DNA of 64,000 nucleotides from Giardia intestinalis (Eukaryota): NCBI GenBank assembly GCA_000002435.2, contig CM018792.1; one strand, 5' to 3'. Shown piece by piece: positions 61,501 to 64,000 of this stretch (position 1 is its first letter; each line of letters starts with the position of its first letter). The notes under the pieces were generated by a model. It saw only the letters and a program-made list of their open reading frames with translations, ran no database searches and was not told where the DNA came from. The position numbers and the translations under genes were made by a program.

Positions 61501-64000
61501 AGACGAAGTGACCCAAAAGCCATACGTCTGTATCGACACTGATGCCACCTCTTTACAAGACTCTACACAGGATGCATTCCATGTATTTACGCACGCAAGA
61601 GCAACTGAGTTTCTCCATAGGGTTGATCCAGAAAGCCTGAAGATTCCAGAGGAAGATGCTTTCAAGATCGGCATTTTGCCTGATGCCGGCGGGGTATATC
61701 GTTATGCACGACCAGCGCTCCACCTATCACAAGCAGACGATTTGCTAGTAACGGATCCACAGGGAAATGAAATTAAGGTCGAAGATGCCCTTGAAGCAGG
61801 ATATGCAGGGCCGTTCGGTTCACAACAGGAGTATTACTATTTCTCCCCAGCTCTTCCTGGAGAAACAAGGGCTTGTGAGGTAATTTCCAATGGTTCAAAA
61901 TTACGCATAATCACCAACAATGACGAAAACACTGCTTATGAAGTTGCTGTAGCTGATGCATACAAATATGGATTTCTTCCTGCGCTTAATGGTACATACC
62001 ACTACGCAGGAGATCTGCCATATCTTAGAGAGCTCGATACAGAATCTAACGTTCTATATGACCTCTTGGATAAGCCTGTTAACCGTGAAGACGCAGAACA
62101 ACACGGATACTTGCGTCATAGCGATGGGAAGTACTATTACATAGGCTTATCTAACCTACCTCAGAAACAAAGTCCTCCATCAACCGTACGGCTATCATCT
62201 TCTATCGACATTTGCGACTCTTCGTTTGATAGTCAATTGGAAAATGACGGTATTAACATCGCAAATGCTGACATAACATTGCTATACGATAAGTATATTG
62301 ACGTATTCATAGAAAAGGATACAGGATACGTCGTTGACAATAAGGCTATGCTTAAAGAGTATGGGTACCTGATCGATAATACAAACACTCCTCATTTTGT
62401 AGGGATAAACAATTTGGGAGAGGTTCTTCCACGTGATGCAGATTTGGATGCTATAGACCAGTCGAAAACCATAATCACCGGTTATAATAACAAAATATAT
62501 GTTTATGATCAGAAAAACATTGATACATATTATGAAAATAACGTTGCAATTGTACCTAAGAAGATTGATATTATAAAACTTCAAAAGCGGCTTGAAACCA
62601 TTAATGATCCAAACCAAGTGAGAAAGCTGGCGGAGCATATGCAGCGTTTGGACAAGCGGCAGTTGGAAGCTTCTCAGCCTCCTGCTCGTGACATCAGCTC
62701 TTGTAGCAGTGAAAAGGTGAGCATACTGATTGATGACGGCATTGGAAAAAGCACCATTCTAAACGTTAAAAGTAACGAGCTACAGAATGTTGCATCTAGT
62801 ACCTCACCAAAAGTAGAAGCCACTATCACTCAACGTGAACATAGACAGCCAAAGGATGTAGCTAATGATCTCATTGTAGAGGAACTCGTAAATACACAAG
62901 CGCAACTTCATGACCATTTGCCGGCGTGTGAACTAACTGGAGAAATAAGCAGCAGTGTAGTGCATGTTGAACCAACTGGTCATGCTTCAAGAAATCCGAT
63001 CGATACCCTTGATAATTGTACAATCATCGATAATACTTCTTTAGGAGCTGGGTTGGGCCATGCATCGACAGTACGCAAGGTTACCACTCTCTGCAGCCAT
63101 AACATTGATCGAGAGCTTTTGGGACACCAGGGGGGCTATTTCTACTCTCCTGGTCATGCCGTCTTTAAACGACACGGACCAGGATTAGTTGTTACAACTT
63201 ACGGTTCTGTCGATGACACCTTTGTACATGTGAAAAGCCCAAACTATAGGACTCATATGTTGACTCCGTCCAGAAAGGGCCGCATTGTTATTCAGAACAT
63301 CATTAAGCCGTCACCTAATACCAGTATACGGCCATTGTTCGATCGAGAGGCTGGAATTGTCTTCGATGAGCAAACAAATGAGATTTTGGGCCACGTCAAC
63401 GAAACAACTGGTGACATCGAAGACACCACTGGGCGCACAATTGGACATAGCGAGCTCAGATCTCGAACTATTAAGTATGTTAGCACAGAGAGCTCTCTAA
63501 AGCAGGCGTCAATACATAGGCTGCGCTCGACAACTGTGGCTTCTACTACCACTTCACTACAACGTAGCCGCTCCCACGATCCTCGGCATTCCGTAGAACT
63601 AGGACAAGAGAACTATATCTTTGGTGAATTTGTAGAAACACCCATGCGTGTTGTAAGCACTAAAGCATACATAGCAATGAATACACCCACACAGATGAAG
63701 GATCCAAGCGTTCCCCTGCTTTCTTCAAGCGTAACAGGGCTATCTTCTCGCCGAAATCTTATCGATTCTAAGTCTGGAAGGACAACGCAGGGCCTCACTA
63801 AATCAAGCATGGTGCTGGTAACTCTTCACGATCCTGATGCTCCTCTGGACTTGGATCCACACGCCATTACAGCGTTCCAAGTCAATACGCATACGGAGAC
63901 TGTCCTTCGTGGAGGTTCTGCTCCAGCAAGGGGGTCCTTCGGACTGTCAGATACTGGGTTCAAAGAGGACAGTATTGTCTCTATGCACGATGGGATGTTT
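58553..64000 (+). CDS. Giant hypothetical protein, paralog-family member D; partial, continuing past the window end (more than 1815 aa visible)
   Basis: The ATG at 58553 (tcaATGATGGCAACA...) lies after a 103-bp AT-rich spacer. The ORF track omits it because it has no stop before 64000. I checked the frame at several points (60962, 63422, 63482, 63962) and it is open. The N-terminal block ...LKDRIHERPLYVLFEPQLGCDPLTDHQTPKDVYPVFSEAISSAEK... is homologous to members A, B and C. A long coiled coil (58900..60000) and the motif RYKPDN follow. Around 61000..62200 there are internal repeats of the form ..EDA...GY.GP...G.Y.Y.G. Confidence 0.75.
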   Translation, partial: MMATDPLGLDMAELGIVINHGDLQDVHSGCLKYTPEALALVNELTANIATILTDSITAVFTTLKDRIHERPLYVLFEPQLGCDPLTDHQTPKDVYPVFSEAISSAEKRLSETSIVMIADELRAKIVTMLNLEVSKTNALKAQAEDALGELATLKAKLLMKDKFIQQIMQSKSEDHSKFISEITVLREQAFMKRRFGDRYKPDNIDKAADDGQQQGLGGSLLGSTGEFAVGQGNQANKLIRDQLAATVAENKELKLKLEATGLAHKKVEELEEECTALRLNIQNLESSHTETIAKLESSLKEKNLLISTYQDNERALNTSVQELTKQLRSLEKRRPTSSDITSRTDTDLFRENTELKSRVFELQEQLMTNQLEKKQDPTEDASLAETLSNLQKELQEKTAEASLYRQKLEEAGLLNAPVDAFIKLADHNTAVAAFTSQIDELEAQNQALVELSEKLQRQVDQLIENEAAEINNVLEANEILHKQKLKNAVEAAVCIDSFNESIQAAKRAITNFDDFGCQVPDKRARKSALRSGEGDDLDVQDDEGCKEDAEASRIRRAIDAARKIYASRLPAMNEPTLSYDVSSVDEVFKQLFDTAKTAKTQLMKKHHETLKNEAQTLMRNLNLHDRIARTISHYTNFVDQPAKDPLKLLSKEQLRDVLCENIDVGPFDDSSPEQDEMLARLPDASHEMQDEASNRDSAVKEPHDSPPAKPDGPAPRSRKRRASPSKVRGGRSTLSTPISSTTRPATRKSGTTLSGTTTSRASELEELDGEKDFFRASVPDSPVRETFSVRTPASRGIESDRDSDDQVAYALADNGKRIAPMKHVRVPRLKSSGRGPRLLIRLLKDKLTGEIRDELGRLVSSENLYMYGYCLDIRGDLVYYGDCSVNKKASDDPDTIVRRFLAGDEGELLLPNGQRIFREDALRFGYKGPARNGTYIFIGQPLDLYDQVMRLSPDGVSAMVTKILGQDIEYDDIIADFTFKLDLDEVTQKPYVCIDTDATSLQDSTQDAFHVFTHARATEFLHRVDPESLKIPEEDAFKIGILPDAGGVYRYARPALHLSQADDLLVTDPQGNEIKVEDALEAGYAGPFGSQQEYYYFSPALPGETRACEVISNGSKLRIITNNDENTAYEVAVADAYKYGFLPALNGTYHYAGDLPYLRELDTESNVLYDLLDKPVNREDAEQHGYLRHSDGKYYYIGLSNLPQKQSPPSTVRLSSSIDICDSSFDSQLENDGINIANADITLLYDKYIDVFIEKDTGYVVDNKAMLKEYGYLIDNTNTPHFVGINNLGEVLPRDADLDAIDQSKTIITGYNNKIYVYDQKNIDTYYENNVAIVPKKIDIIKLQKRLETINDPNQVRKLAEHMQRLDKRQLEASQPPARDISSCSSEKVSILIDDGIGKSTILNVKSNELQNVASSTSPKVEATITQREHRQPKDVANDLIVEELVNTQAQLHDHLPACELTGEISSSVVHVEPTGHASRNPIDTLDNCTIIDNTSLGAGLGHASTVRKVTTLCSHNIDRELLGHQGGYFYSPGHAVFKRHGPGLVVTTYGSVDDTFVHVKSPNYRTHMLTPSRKGRIVIQNIIKPSPNTSIRPLFDREAGIVFDEQTNEILGHVNETTGDIEDTTGRTIGHSELRSRTIKYVSTESSLKQASIHRLRSTTVASTTTSLQRSRSHDPRHSVELGQENYIFGEFVETPMRVVSTKAYIAMNTPTQMKDPSVPLLSSSVTGLSSRRNLIDSKSGRTTQGLTKSSMVLVTLHDPDAPLDLDPHAITAFQVNTHTETVLRGGSAPARGSFGLSDTGFKEDSIVSMHDGMF

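Noticed and set aside
1-64000. Prokaryotic interpretation (operons, RBS, CRISPR, mobile elements)
   Set aside because: Proteins of 2000-2300 aa, eukaryotic kinases, IFT52, V-ATPase, the proteasome lid subunit, a spliceosomal intron and the Giardia-specific VSP all point to a protist nuclear genome. I saw no direct-repeat/spacer arrays, no inverted-repeat-flanked transposase genes, and no rRNA or tRNA-like sequences in the few intergenic stretches long enough to hold them.

Overview
This window looks like compact protist nuclear DNA, almost certainly Giardia intestinalis (G. lamblia) or a very close relative. One gene (9872..12466, minus strand) has every hallmark of a Giardia variant-specific surface protein (VSP). 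It encodes a signal peptide, many CXXC motifs, a GGCY motif, a C-terminal transmembrane helix and the invariant CRGKA tail. The conserved VSP extended poly(A) signal (ACTTAGTTAGTAAAT) follows its stop codon. Most other genes start with ATG directly downstream of short AT-rich initiator elements of the type 'aaaattaaaATG'. Intergenic spacers are 5-150 bp, several neighbouring genes overlap, and one gene carries a 29-nt intron with the Giardia splice motifs GTATGTT...CTAACACCCAG.

I call about 35 protein-coding genes on both strands. Those I recognise are:
- a giant Fused/STK36-family kinase;
- a VSP with 14.6 tandem copies of a 114-bp repeat;
- three cilium/dynein genes (DNAAF4/DYX1C1-like CS+TPR protein, IFT52, Tctex-1 light chain) inside a very GC-rich block;
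- a NEK-type kinase with ankyrin repeats whose last repeat is broken by a +1 frameshift;
- proteasome Rpn10 with an intron;
- the tRNA methyltransferase TRM1;
- a NAK (AAK1/Ark1-like) kinase;
- a HAD hydrolase;
- V-ATPase subunits B and c;
- the N-terminal methyltransferase NTMT1.

The rest are hypothetical proteins. Four of these are paralogous giant coiled-coil proteins (36974..43471, 46401..48788, 49531..55809, 58553..>64000) that share a conserved N-terminal domain of unknown function.

The supplied ORF track uses GTG and TTG as start codons, so I re-derived many 5' ends to the first in-frame ATG that has an AT-rich initiator. The track also omits two genes that run off the window edges: 1..825 on the minus strand and 58553..64000 on the plus strand. 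I found no rRNA, tRNA, CRISPR array or transposon.
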